64,000 nucleotides of DNA. It comes from Ophelia neglecta. Lineage: Eukaryota. Position 1 is the first letter of the stretch. Each line of letters begins with the position of its first letter. Location: NCBI GenBank assembly GCA_965285935.1, contig OZ260663.1:56792001-56856000 (forward strand), written 5' to 3'. Below, one piece after another: positions 37,769 through 48,900 of the stretch. The position numbers and the translations under genes were made by a program. A model generated the notes under the pieces. It ran no database searches. It saw nothing but the letters and a program-made list of their open reading frames with translations, and had not been told where the DNA came from.

Positions 37769-39430
37769 TTAGTGCATTGGCCTCAGCATAACAACAGGGT
37801 CGAGGTCTTTCGGCAACTCCGATTTCTGCCATATTTTTGGCTTCTTTGCTACCGAACAGTCTTGGCTGGAAGAAATGGTTTCTTCTGCACTGATTTCTAT
37901 CTCGGGACCACTTCGGACAGAAATATTGGACTCCGATGTAGTTGCGTTTTCACTTTTGCTTTCCTCCTTGTTCTTTTTTGTACTGCATGAATCATAATCC
38001 GCTTTTCGCTTACCGCATTTAGTACACGATTCATCGTGTGTGTCATTTTTCGCAAGCCAGTGCAGCAGACGTTCGGTAAAATCAGTGCGCAATTCCATAG
38101 GAAGAAGACCGTCAGCGGAGAGGACATGAGGTAGGTAGACGACGGGAGGAGGGCGTCGATGATTTCTCCGGCAGCCATCAGGATGACAGCGTTTTTGGAT
38201 TCTTTTCTGTTTGCTGTTTTGTGCATGAATTGGTGCAAGTTTCTTCTCCAAGGTCTTAGCAGCACTAGAGGAGGGGCCAAGGTTAACCGAACCCGCATTG
38301 CTCGTACTAACAGGCTGCTCTTGGTGTTCCTCTGTGATGCTGTTGGCTTCGAGTAAGAATGACAACGAAGCAAGGCTTTGGCTTCTCATTGGTTCTTTTT
38401 CCAACTTCTCATGCATGCCTGCCTGATGCGCATTCAAGCGGCTGCCAAATGGGGCCTTTTTCGCGTTTGTCACCGCCTCATGCTCTCCCCTTCGCTCTTG
38501 AACCGGTGTTCTTACATCTTTTTCTTGCTTGGAAACCGGATGTTGATAGCAAGGAATCGGTTGAAGACTAAGAAACAATTGAGACTGACCATCGTCTCTC
38601 ACTTGGACATTGTGTACGCCACAGCGGGCCGGTACACAAGCTTTGGTCGGATGAACTGCCGAAACATTCATTTGCTGCGCCTGTAGTGCCAAAGGAGGAC
38701 ACTTCTGTTTGTTTATTGGTGGAAACACTCGTTGCGTTTGCCACAATTGCTTATGCACTGGAGCTCGATTGAGCTCACTCTGTTGGCTCACTCGGTTATT
38801 GAGTACCGAGGCTGGAACTCTACCACCTGCTGTTAGTCCGCTTCTGAGCGGCACAAGTTCCTGGTTTTCATATCTGCCTGGAAGTTGAGTATGTCTGTTT
38901 GAGACCGTTATCGCCGGCGGCCTATGCCTCTGGAAATCCCACTTGTGCTGGAAAAGCAGTTGGGGATGTAATCGGGTGAAATAAAGATGTGTATAGCCTA
39001 TCAAGTTAGTTCCAATGAAATCACCAATTAGGTGTGCTTCCTCGTCTAGCCGGGATATCTGTGAAGGAGGGATTCTTTGAAAGTCGAGTCTCTCCAGACA
39101 TACAAACAGCGTGCGTGCATTTGAGATGCGAAAACATCTAAGTGGACTCAATGCTGTAGGCATTCTTATCACATCAATCACTACTACTTTGCCGGAGGTA
39201 TCCCATTGGATGGCATCGATGCTACTGTCATTCACCATGTGCCATAGACGTTGAACGAGAAACCACGGGTCCGCGATGGTGGCGTCGGGCAGAGTACACC
39301 TCGACAGGGGTCGAGTCGTGGACGATTGAGGCGCCGTTACCCTACTGACTCGGCACCAGTGACGGAGGAAATCCTCGCCTCCGCTGTCATGACTATACGA
39401 CTTTGCGGCTTGGTAAGCCATTTTTTCCAT
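37769..39430 (-). CDS. Intronless 553-aa protein with a divergent HSF-type DNA-binding domain (HSF5/HSFX-like architecture)
   Basis: Long single ORF. Segment FLVQRLWHMVNDSSIDAIQWDTSGKVVVID...YTHLYFTRLHPQLL follows the HSF winged-helix pattern (KLWxMV...IxWxxxG...YxHxxFxR...LL). The rest is low-complexity, with basic NLS-like patches. Confidence 0.7.
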   Translation of the reverse strand: MEKMAYQAAKSYSHDSGGEDFLRHWCRVSRVTAPQSSTTRPLSRCTLPDATIADPWFLVQRLWHMVNDSSIDAIQWDTSGKVVVIDVIRMPTALSPLRCFRISNARTLFVCLERLDFQRIPPSQISRLDEEAHLIGDFIGTNLIGYTHLYFTRLHPQLLFQHKWDFQRHRPPAITVSNRHTQLPGRYENQELVPLRSGLTAGGRVPASVLNNRVSQQSELNRAPVHKQLWQTQRVFPPINKQKCPPLALQAQQMNVSAVHPTKACVPARCGVHNVQVRDDGQSQLFLSLQPIPCYQHPVSKQEKDVRTPVQERRGEHEAVTNAKKAPFGSRLNAHQAGMHEKLEKEPMRSQSLASLSFLLEANSITEEHQEQPVSTSNAGSVNLGPSSSAAKTLEKKLAPIHAQNSKQKRIQKRCHPDGCRRNHRRPPPVVYLPHVLSADGLLPMELRTDFTERLLHWLAKNDTHDESCTKCGKRKADYDSCSTKKNKEESKSENATTSESNISVRSGPEIEISAEETISSSQDCSVAKKPKIWQKSELPKDLDPVVMLRPMH

Positions 39431-40461
39431 AATTGGCCTGGTGATGTTAAAAAAAACGAACCTATTAAACCGTTTGAGAAATAAGCATGCTTCAATATGC
39501 CTATATCATAATTCCAACACTGTTGCTGAAAATCTTATTCTTAAAACAATAGACATGTGTCACTAAGACACTGTTGCCTAGAGACGGATGACGTTATTCC
39601 AATAACCCTAAATAGATAGCTTAAAATGACCTTTGGGAACGAACTGACAAAAGTCTTTCTTTCTCCTCAAATTCCACGGGGTAAATTTAAATATTATAGG
39701 CATAGTGGTTATTATTAAAAAAAAAGTGCGGCTATCTCATTGTGACCATACTATTAGGAAAGCTCTTTTAAAAATGAACCAGCCCTGGATGTTTCGTTTC
39801 TCTCATCTTAACGAGTAGTAAGATAATGTAATAAAAGGATTTCCCATATTATAGCATACCACAATGCAAAGATGAAAGTAGCGCACTACGACCGCAATCA
39901 TGCTTTAAAGTGAGAAAAGAGACTGCTTGTTAGCAGTATATATTATCTCCGGCTAGCCCTACTGCCAGAGTTTTAGGTCGTCAATAGGACTACAGACAAA
40001 AATCTATAGGCCTACTAGAGGCCGGGAAATCTTTCATACAATCAAACCTATCGAATTTTACCGGCGTTCAATTAGTTTTTTCCAGATTCTTTTTAAGCAG
40101 GAATTAAATGTGTCCTACTTTTTGTGTATGCAAAGTGGAACTCATAACATTCAAGGTTAAATATTTAACTGTTGGAAATAGAAAGTCGACGGCATGACTA
40201 CGTATTAATGACCTTGAGGCTTCGACTTTGGTGTCCAAGTAACACAACGGCAAGGAAACGTTTATTCCCACAGCGTGACGTCAGTAAGTAACATTGGAAG
40301 TCACTGTTCGACGTAATAAAGGAGAATTTTGTCTCTATGCATTATGGCACAGAATTTGTTTTTACATGTATTACATTAGGCCTATTTGGGTTTCTTTTAA
40401 TTCAGTTCAACCAGGCATTTTGTCAGACCTTTTAAGTGTGAGTGACAGAGTAATATATATA

Positions 40462-42340
40462 ATGAAGACGGTAATAGCTAGTTCAATTATTTTTATTCCT
40501 TTTTTCGTGGCCTTTGCGGAAACTGAAGGTAAGAAAAATTATAATTTACTAATATTTCTTGTAAGCCCAACTAACGGTACTTGACTATAATTATATAGCC
40601 TATAGTACGTTAGATTGTGCAATAGGGTAAATTGACACCCCTGCACTTGAGGGTAGGTTGGTTTGCGAATTAGGGAAGTTCATCGCATCCAAGCTTTGCT
40701 AGCTAAAAATTGCAGTCTTTAGCCTGAAAATTTAGTGAATTAAGACTTGACAAAATGAGGCTTAAATTATCTATTATAAAAGGCCGAAAATAAACCATTC
40801 AATTTGCCATGATTTTCTCCTGATCCAAACCTATATAAGGGACGCACCATTACTTACTTAGGGGGGGGGGGGGTTAAGTTTGTATTTACCTGTCAATTGG
40901 CCTTGAATAAGAAATAATAAGCTGAGAACTGTTTTACTTTGCAGTATTTCAGAATTATACCGGATTGACATACACGCGTTTCGAAGCAAAGGCTAAAAAT
41001 AAACATAATAATAGCCGTTATCGGCGCAGTGAATACAACTACGACTATGATTATGACTACTATGACGACGACTCCTACCCGGCCGGAGGTGATAAGGTAC
41101 TAAGTCACTGCGCATGTTTTTAAGCGTTGCTTTAAAAATGTACATATTAACCATCAAAAGTTATGTATATCTATCTTTAAACTTCACATGAATATAAATT
41201 TAGTGATCGCTTTTCATCCCTGCCTTTTTTGCTTTCTTTATCATATTATTTTGTTCAAGCGGCGTCCTGTGTTCGGCACTGTGCTGCGAAGTAATAAAAA
41301 AAAAAAACCTAACCCTAATCCTAGTCTCACCCTGCTTCCAGGGCACGCCAGAGTAGTAACTGGGCGCCCGTTGCGCCGAATACAGAGACCCCTTCGTGCA
41401 ATCGTCTTTGAACAATCATTAAATATATATTGCATGCATGTTAGCCTATACAGCCAGTTGGTACGGCCGATTACATAGTTATATGACAATAGTTTTTACT
41501 TAACAGAACGCTGAGGATTCTAGCTGGATTGAAAAAGTTAATAAGAAGTACAAGCGTCACATGATTTTAGGAGTAGTGCTGAGCACCCTTGGTTTGTGTA
41601 TATTGTGTTGCTGTTTTACGATATGCCGTAAAGTGTGTGGAGAGTGTTGTCGTTGTTGTAAAGACAACATCGGTAGCTGGTGTGACTCCATTCGCGGACG
41701 AGACCCCAGTAAGTTCACAATTTCGATATCCTATAATTATGTTAAACAAGTAACCATTTGATATTCGTATTTCTTGCAGTCGTATTCTACTTGCCATAAG
41801 GCCTATGTATAAGATTTTTTGGTCTCTCGGCTTTTAAGTCCCTGGGGACAAAATACACTATTTTTGGATATATACATTTATTGTATATACATATATACAT
41901 ATATGCATATACAGCTAATATTAGAAGTTCTGACTTCAATTAAACCCAGCAATAGTAAGCCATTGGATAATCTGATGTTAATATGCGCATATATTCCCCT
42001 GGCGTCTGGGTTTTTTCTTTAACTTTTCATTTGTATATTGTTCTTTAGTGCGTTTTTTTCCTATGTTCTTTTTACCTCCATTAAATGTAACGTTAAAAGT
42101 TAAAGTGTACATACTAATATTGTCATTGTAAATTGTAGATTACCGAAGTGTGTGTGATGCCTATAGACGATTGGATATCGAGCCTCCCAGTTACAAGGTA
42201 TGGGTGGAGCAGAAAAAGGCGTTCGGATGGAAAGATGATTTCTAGGGGTACTAATCCTCGTTCATGTCTAAACCACGGCCATATTATCCACACTAAATCC
42301 TTAAAATTACCAGAATATGATCTATGCACCTAAATGGTGA
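40462..42340 (+). CDS. Uncharacterised type I single-pass membrane protein, 168 aa
   Basis: Exons 40462-40528, 40945-41096, 41507-41708, 42139-42197, 42314-42340 join in frame through GT-AG sites (507 nt). Signal peptide MKTVIASSIIFIPFFVAFA, RYRR, SEYNYDYDYDYYDDDSY, TM MILGVVLSTLGLCILCCCFTIC, Cys cluster, PPSY. Confidence 0.75.
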
Positions 42341-45300
42341 AAGAATGTCACTCTTATTGATGACTTCAAACGGAAACTCCGCTTCATTTATAAAAGGAAA
42401 GTCAGTGGAAAAGGTAATCACTTTATCTATTTTAATGTTATGATATGTATTGTGTGTCGTTTCTTGGCCATTCATCTATTGTGATGGGCGTCGTATTATC
42501 TTATTGTTAGAAACCATGACAAATAAGTCAAGCAGGATTTATTCAGTATCACTGATGCTCTGTATACATGTGGTAGTTTATCTTCTTTATGTGCATAATT
42601 TGCAGTAATTTGCATAATTGTTTATTATTTTAATGCTCAGCATTTTAATTTTCGCTAATGCAGCTAATGATTATTAATCAGTATAAACTTTAAGGTATAA
42701 TATTATTCATAGTTTATTTGTTTAGATTTATCGATTTGATTATTGAGGGAAAATACATGTAACTGATGTGAAAATATGAAATAAATAATTTGTTTGTAAT
42801 ATTATTTGGTCACAATGAATTTTAAGGCGATGCATATTATACCTAGAAACCGTTAAACAAATGGATCCGGCGGATTTACACTGATTAAAGTAAATGGGAA
42901 TCGATAATTTCCTGAACTTTTTCAAACAATCTAATCTAGATAATCCTGCAGTTGATTTTCTTTTCCTTTCCTCATTTGATTTGACGAAAATACACCATTT
43001 GTGAATTTAAACAGGATGTTGAAATTACTTCTGAAAATATGTATTATTAGAGGTTTCAGTGCTACAGGAAAACAAAAGAAGCTATTAGTATCCAATTACA
43101 AAGAGTTCAAATCCCTTTATAAATTTTTTTCATGCTTGACCAGCAGTCAGATGTTATGGCAGTTCGAGGGCAGAGGAGTAGTAAGGCTTAACGCCACGCA
43201 TTTAGTAAAATTATTATGCCCAATTATAATACATCAAATACAATTTATTTTGGGCACATTTGCCTCTCCACGTTTTAACAAAGATAACCGAAGTGATATG
43301 TCAATTTTTTCGGCAGGAAAAAGGTGAAAATAATATTTCAATTCGGACGGGTATAATAGAGCTGCACTATTGCCATGAAAGTTCAGCATGACAATCAATT
43401 ATGAACTTACGCTTCTCAAGCTGTTAAACTTAATCATAATATTGAAAATGAGATAAGACAAGTATGGGTTGATGTAAATAACCTGAACATACAAGAGAAC
43501 GCGGCGATCGAAGTTCATGGTCGTCCCACTTACAAGAGGGAAATTTACTACAAAACAATAATATTGTATACTGGATTCACAGTTACATATTTTGTATATT
43601 ATGCTCCATGGCTTACTCGACTGTCTTTGCAAAAGATGGGTGCTCCATGTTCTCGTTCTTGTATTTTGACAATTCAATGCAGTCCCTTTGGACCTCTATT
43701 CAAAACTCCCTCACCTTCTGAACGGCATTGAAAATATACCGGCTAGTGGTCAGGTCGGCAGATGCATAGGGTATTTTCTTAATATTTAGTCTACCTGTTT
43801 GTTATTTAATTTCCGGCAGTAATTTTTCAAATGGCCCTTTGGTTTTCATATATTTCTTTCCTTTCCCCAAGTTGAAATATTATTGTAAGATGATATGGGA
43901 TCTACGTCGCCTTCTTTTCTGATGTTATATTGCATGAAACATAAACATAAACTAAGGGACATTTGAAGTGCCCCCTCGCTGTTTTTTTGATGCATCAACT
44001 GATCTATGTGATGACGTACAACCCATGGGAATCTCATCGGGTTGACCACACAGGTCGTCCTATGTTAGGCATTTTGTAAAAAAAAAATGGTTTAGTCATT
44101 TTTTGTGGATAGGTCCATGTTCAGAGTATTAAGGCATGTTTAGTCTAAGTTGACCGAAATACGTCCTTCGACCAATGTATTTATTTGTCACGTTCTTCTG
44201 AATCCCACAATTCTGTTGTTTCTGACAGATGATAATTAAAACTTAATAAAAACATTATTGGTAGCAATGCACTGTGGAGTTGGGTAGTCATTAATCTAAA
44301 CTAATCATAATCACAAACTACTTTTATTATTGTAGTAAAGTCGTAGCTCATACAAAATAAACACTTTCTCCGTAGACTCCATTTATTATCCAAAGATAGT
44401 GATGTGAAACATATAGGTCTAGATGTTTTAAGCGATGATCGACGTTGAAGAGCAATAATCTAATTACTATAACGAGTTCTACTGCCAATGCAATTAGCTA
44501 AACAAAGATTATGGAAAATTAAGGGCATTTTTGTATAATGCAATGGTTCATAATTGTTGTTAAGGAGGGGCTCAACATTCACCTCTTGACAATAATTCTG
44601 TCTGATCTATGCGTCGACTACCTAGTAGGTGCGCGTATTATTTTAATAACAGAAGTATCCACAGAAGTCGTCTGCTTGGGCTGGTTGGCCCAACGCGACA
44701 CAAAGGGACGAGTCATAAAAATCTTAAAATCTCTATACTGTTTACCTGACATGGCTTACCATGAAGATTAATTGTACAAGTTTGGTTCATTCAAAATATG
44801 ATAGGCCTATTTTATGGAGTCTCTATAGCGGACTTTGTTTATTGACGTTTGCGTTATCTCACTTAATATTGGGATCATTGGTATTAGCAGATTACATTCA
44901 GAAGTTTACTGATGGCCATTGATAATAACGGATCATTTATCTAAACCTGGCGATGGCAATTTGTAATGGTACAGTCGTTCAAATTCTTGTAGATGTCTTA
45001 ATATATTTTGCACGTGAGTATTAAGTCGGACATATATTATTCTGAAAATATCCCAAGTGAGTCCAGTTGCATAATGTTCTATAGATAGTGATTGTTCCTT
45101 TTACCGAGCTATAGTTGATGAACTAACGTTTGTGGTACCAAACACGTCCTATGTTTCAGCCACAATAAAATATAACCTAATGCAATTCGCCTGATTTGTT
45201 TCGTTGCGGTGATAGACGATTCTTGGTATTAGAATCTAATAATCGAAACCCACTTTTATTTGAAAACATTGGACAAAAATTGAACCACAAATCCTCCCTG

Positions 45301-45631
45301 GGCCCTCACATTCGATTTTCTGGATGGTATTTATATTCTTTCCAATGAAAATCGACTCGGACTTATTTCCAGCATAGCGAAAGTATTCAACCACCAATCG
45401 AAAGTGTTTTTCCTGTTTGAAGTTGGTCACTAAAATGATAATATTTTAATCATAGAAGTGAATTGCTTTCGTTTTGAGCGTGTATGTGTCGCATTTTTTG
45501 CTACATTATGAAAGCACGTGTGATCACTTAAATGAAAGTAGTGTGTATTGCAACCAAAGAAATAAGGTGTCACTGTAAGTTTTGGGACAACGGACATGTA
45601 ATAGTAACATTCGGATTCAGAATAAAAAATT

Positions 45632-45850
45632 CAGTGGCGGATTCACCCCCCCTCCCCCCCCCCCCCCACACACACACCACACCACCCCACCCCTTTTGCC
45701 AAACAGTGGGCCTGGACCAGGGCCTATTTCTGGACCCACGCAAGGTGCTTTCAGAGGGTTGGCAACGGGGACAAACCAGACATTTGCCTTGTAAGCCTCT
45801 GAAAATTTTGCACCCCCCCCCCCCCTCCTGATATCCTGGATCCGCCATCT
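45632..45850. mobile_element. Small non-autonomous DNA element (MITE-like)
   Basis: Imperfect terminal inverted repeats CAGTGGCGGAT...ATCCGCCA, each next to a poly-C tract; GC-rich island in AT-rich DNA. Confidence 0.6.
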
Positions 45851-45922
45851 AAAGTACATCAATGTTTCCCGCCTTGCTTTTGTAACATAACACACATGAA
45901 TCCGATTTCCGTCACAGTGACG

Positions 45923-48900
45923 ATGAAGATGCCTTCCTTAGGCCTCCGCCTATGTCTCAATCAGTTTGGTATTGAGACCTTTTTTATGTGTAGTACTGGT
46001 ACACTTCCACCTTTTTCTAAATGAATTTGGTGTGTCTCACAAATCACATCGGTTCTGTTCGTCCTTAAATTGTATTGTAGAACGAAATAAAGTCATCAAG
46101 GCAGGGTCCGACATTTTTTCCAGAGAAAGCTGCTCAATTATGACCTAGTTCATTTTAACATCACGTTCGCGGTGTTACCTCGTTCAGAGAGTTCGATCGG
46201 AGCTTCAATATGTATCTGTTCTAACTTTGATGTCCTTGTGATATATCTCAATACGAATACAGGATCTTTATAAGATTAATCATATCATAATACAACTAAC
46301 ACGTTATCAGTTATAAAGAGTTTTTATCGAAGTCTACAGACTTATTTTAAATTACATTCGAAGGCACTCGAGTCAGTATTTATTTTATTTCTCTTCGCTT
46401 TTTCCTGTACCATCTACTACGCTGATCAGACACCTATATACAGAATAAAACATGGATTCAAGAAAAAAGTGTGCTAAGTGCTTTAAGTGTGTTTCATCAT
46501 CACGTTGAATTCTCCCGGCAGTACATTCCTTTCAGTGTTCATTCCATATGTCATATCGCTGGTGAAGGGCGAGCCAAACCACCGTGGGTTTTATTGCAAT
46601 GATGAGAGCATCCGCTATCCTTACCATGAAGACACCGTCACGGTTGGCATGCTGCTCGGCGCTTGCTTCCTCTTGCCACTCGCCTCAGTAAGTACAATTC
46701 TATGAAACTGTGTATGTGGAGCAAACGGGTTTGTACGCCAAGCAGAACTACACCAGTTGCCTCGATTATTCCTTAGATTTGGCAAGAGTAGTTTGCAAAT
46801 CCATATCACATTTGCTTTATCACGGGGCAAACCCGACCATGGTATAAATCATATTCTCCTCAAACACGTCCTGCCTTGTATAAATGAATAAAAGGCATAT
46901 TGAGCCAATTCCCAACTGTATTCTGTAAAATTATGAGACGGCTTACACATCATAAACTCTCCTGTAGCAAATTTCATCTCTGTCGTACGATGACCACTAG
47001 CCTAATAGGTTTTGTGTTCCAATCTGCATCATGCAAACCTTTTGAATACTTCTCATTACAAGGGATATCAATTTTATGCCCTCTTTTTTATTATTGCATA
47101 ACAAGTTTGTTTGCTGCTTTTGGAAGTTGATGGATTGACGTGTGTTTGGCCTATGGCTGCTGGTTCATTGTGATTTCGGTTTATTCTTGATTGATGGTTT
47201 TCTCTGTCTTCGGGGTATTCACCCCCGTTTCTTAGAAGCCACCAGGTTTGACATCTATATAACGAGAACATACAGCGAAATACCTTTCCAATATTCCTAA
47301 ACAGCTTAATTGTAAAACTAAACTCAAATATAAGTTTATGTTTATTCTCCTGAACTAAATCAGAGCTACATATAGTAAACATATATACAATTCAGCGGGC
47401 ACAATATTCAGCAACTTATCAATTTAAAGATATATTCAGTATACGTTATGACATTCAAAGATAAATACATTCAACAGACATAGTGGCATTCATAGCGTTA
47501 CAATTCAATAGATCTGCTATATACGAATCAATCAATCTGGTATATACGAATATGAAAACATTACCTTGGCATATCTTCCGAAGGTAGTTACGACTAGTTC
47601 GACTAGGTCAACATAACTATTTACCATCTGACAACTTTCATCATTCCCAAGGAAGACTGGGACTAGCCGTGGAGAGTCTGACAGATTATACAGCATGACA
47701 AAGTCTGCCGGCCCTAGTAAATTTACTATGTCTTCCCACAGTATATTCCTCAAATCAGTGAGGACTAGGCACCCTCCGTCACAAAACATGTGTTCAAACG
47801 GGTTAATTACATACTCGTCACACAATACACACGAGACTTCTAAATTTTCATTAAACAGTGAGAAGAGATATACCAGATTCATGACATTATTAAGTAAAGA
47901 TGGACTGACCTTCGCAATCTCATACAAAACAGAAGGAGTTTCAATAAAATGCGGATGTATTTTTTGAAACATAGCGCAACCAGGCTTTGAAATAGCAACA
48001 GAATTTCGCTGGACTGACTCTTTGGATGCAATCGCCTCCTTTACAATTTGCTTCCACGTTTGTTTTGTAGGGAAACTTAGGGAGAAAAAAAATTGCAACC
48101 AAGTTTCCTGCAGATCATATTTTTGGAGAATCTCATAACATCGTGCACGAAACCTTTACAACTATCTTTGGTATCGGTGCAGTCATAATTCTGGAGTCGA
48201 ATTTCAAACAATGGCGCAGCTAGGTGAGTCTGTGGAAGTGTGGCGAGTTTTAGCATGAACATGAGCTTTTTCTGGTCTATGATCGATTCGATAGAGGTCC
48301 AGCCAATGGCTGACAAAGCAATCTCTGTGTGCGTCCGTGGTAAGAAACCTTGTATGGATTTCGCAGCTTTCCGATGGACAACTTCCAGTTGGCTGTTCTC
48401 TGATATCGACCGGTCATTCCAGATTTCAGCGCCGTGTGTCATCGAAGGGAGACATATTTGTGTCCACACCTTCGACGACGTTAATGGGTTAAGCCGGTTA
48501 TTGACGACACCAATGCCAGACAGCCCCCCAAATAACTGCCTACCCTTTTTACACATTGAATCTGTCCGAGAACTAGAGACAAAATTTGCCTTCAGTTCTA
48601 TTCCAACATGGGTAAGTCTAAAAACTTCTTCAATGGGTTTGCCATTAAGACACCATTGGCGATTTTCTTTGTTTTTTCTATGTTGAGCAGTGCTTTCTCC
48701 AAATACAACGACTTGACTTTTTGATGGCGAGAAAATTAACCTCCATTTACGGCTATATTCTCCGGCCATATTCAGCATCCTTTGAAGGCCGTCATGTGTA
48801 GCAGAGAGGAGTGCAGTGTCATCTGCCAGTGTAGGAGTTCCAACGTCCACCCCTCTGACTTGGAGTCCGTCTCCCGTTTGTGTCATCGTTTCATGTAAAT

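Noticed and set aside
46452-46508. ATG just upstream of PLPP exon 2 as the start codon
   Set aside because: Reaches TGA after 18 codons, out of frame with PLPP; the exon at 45923-45998 gives a phase-compatible start.
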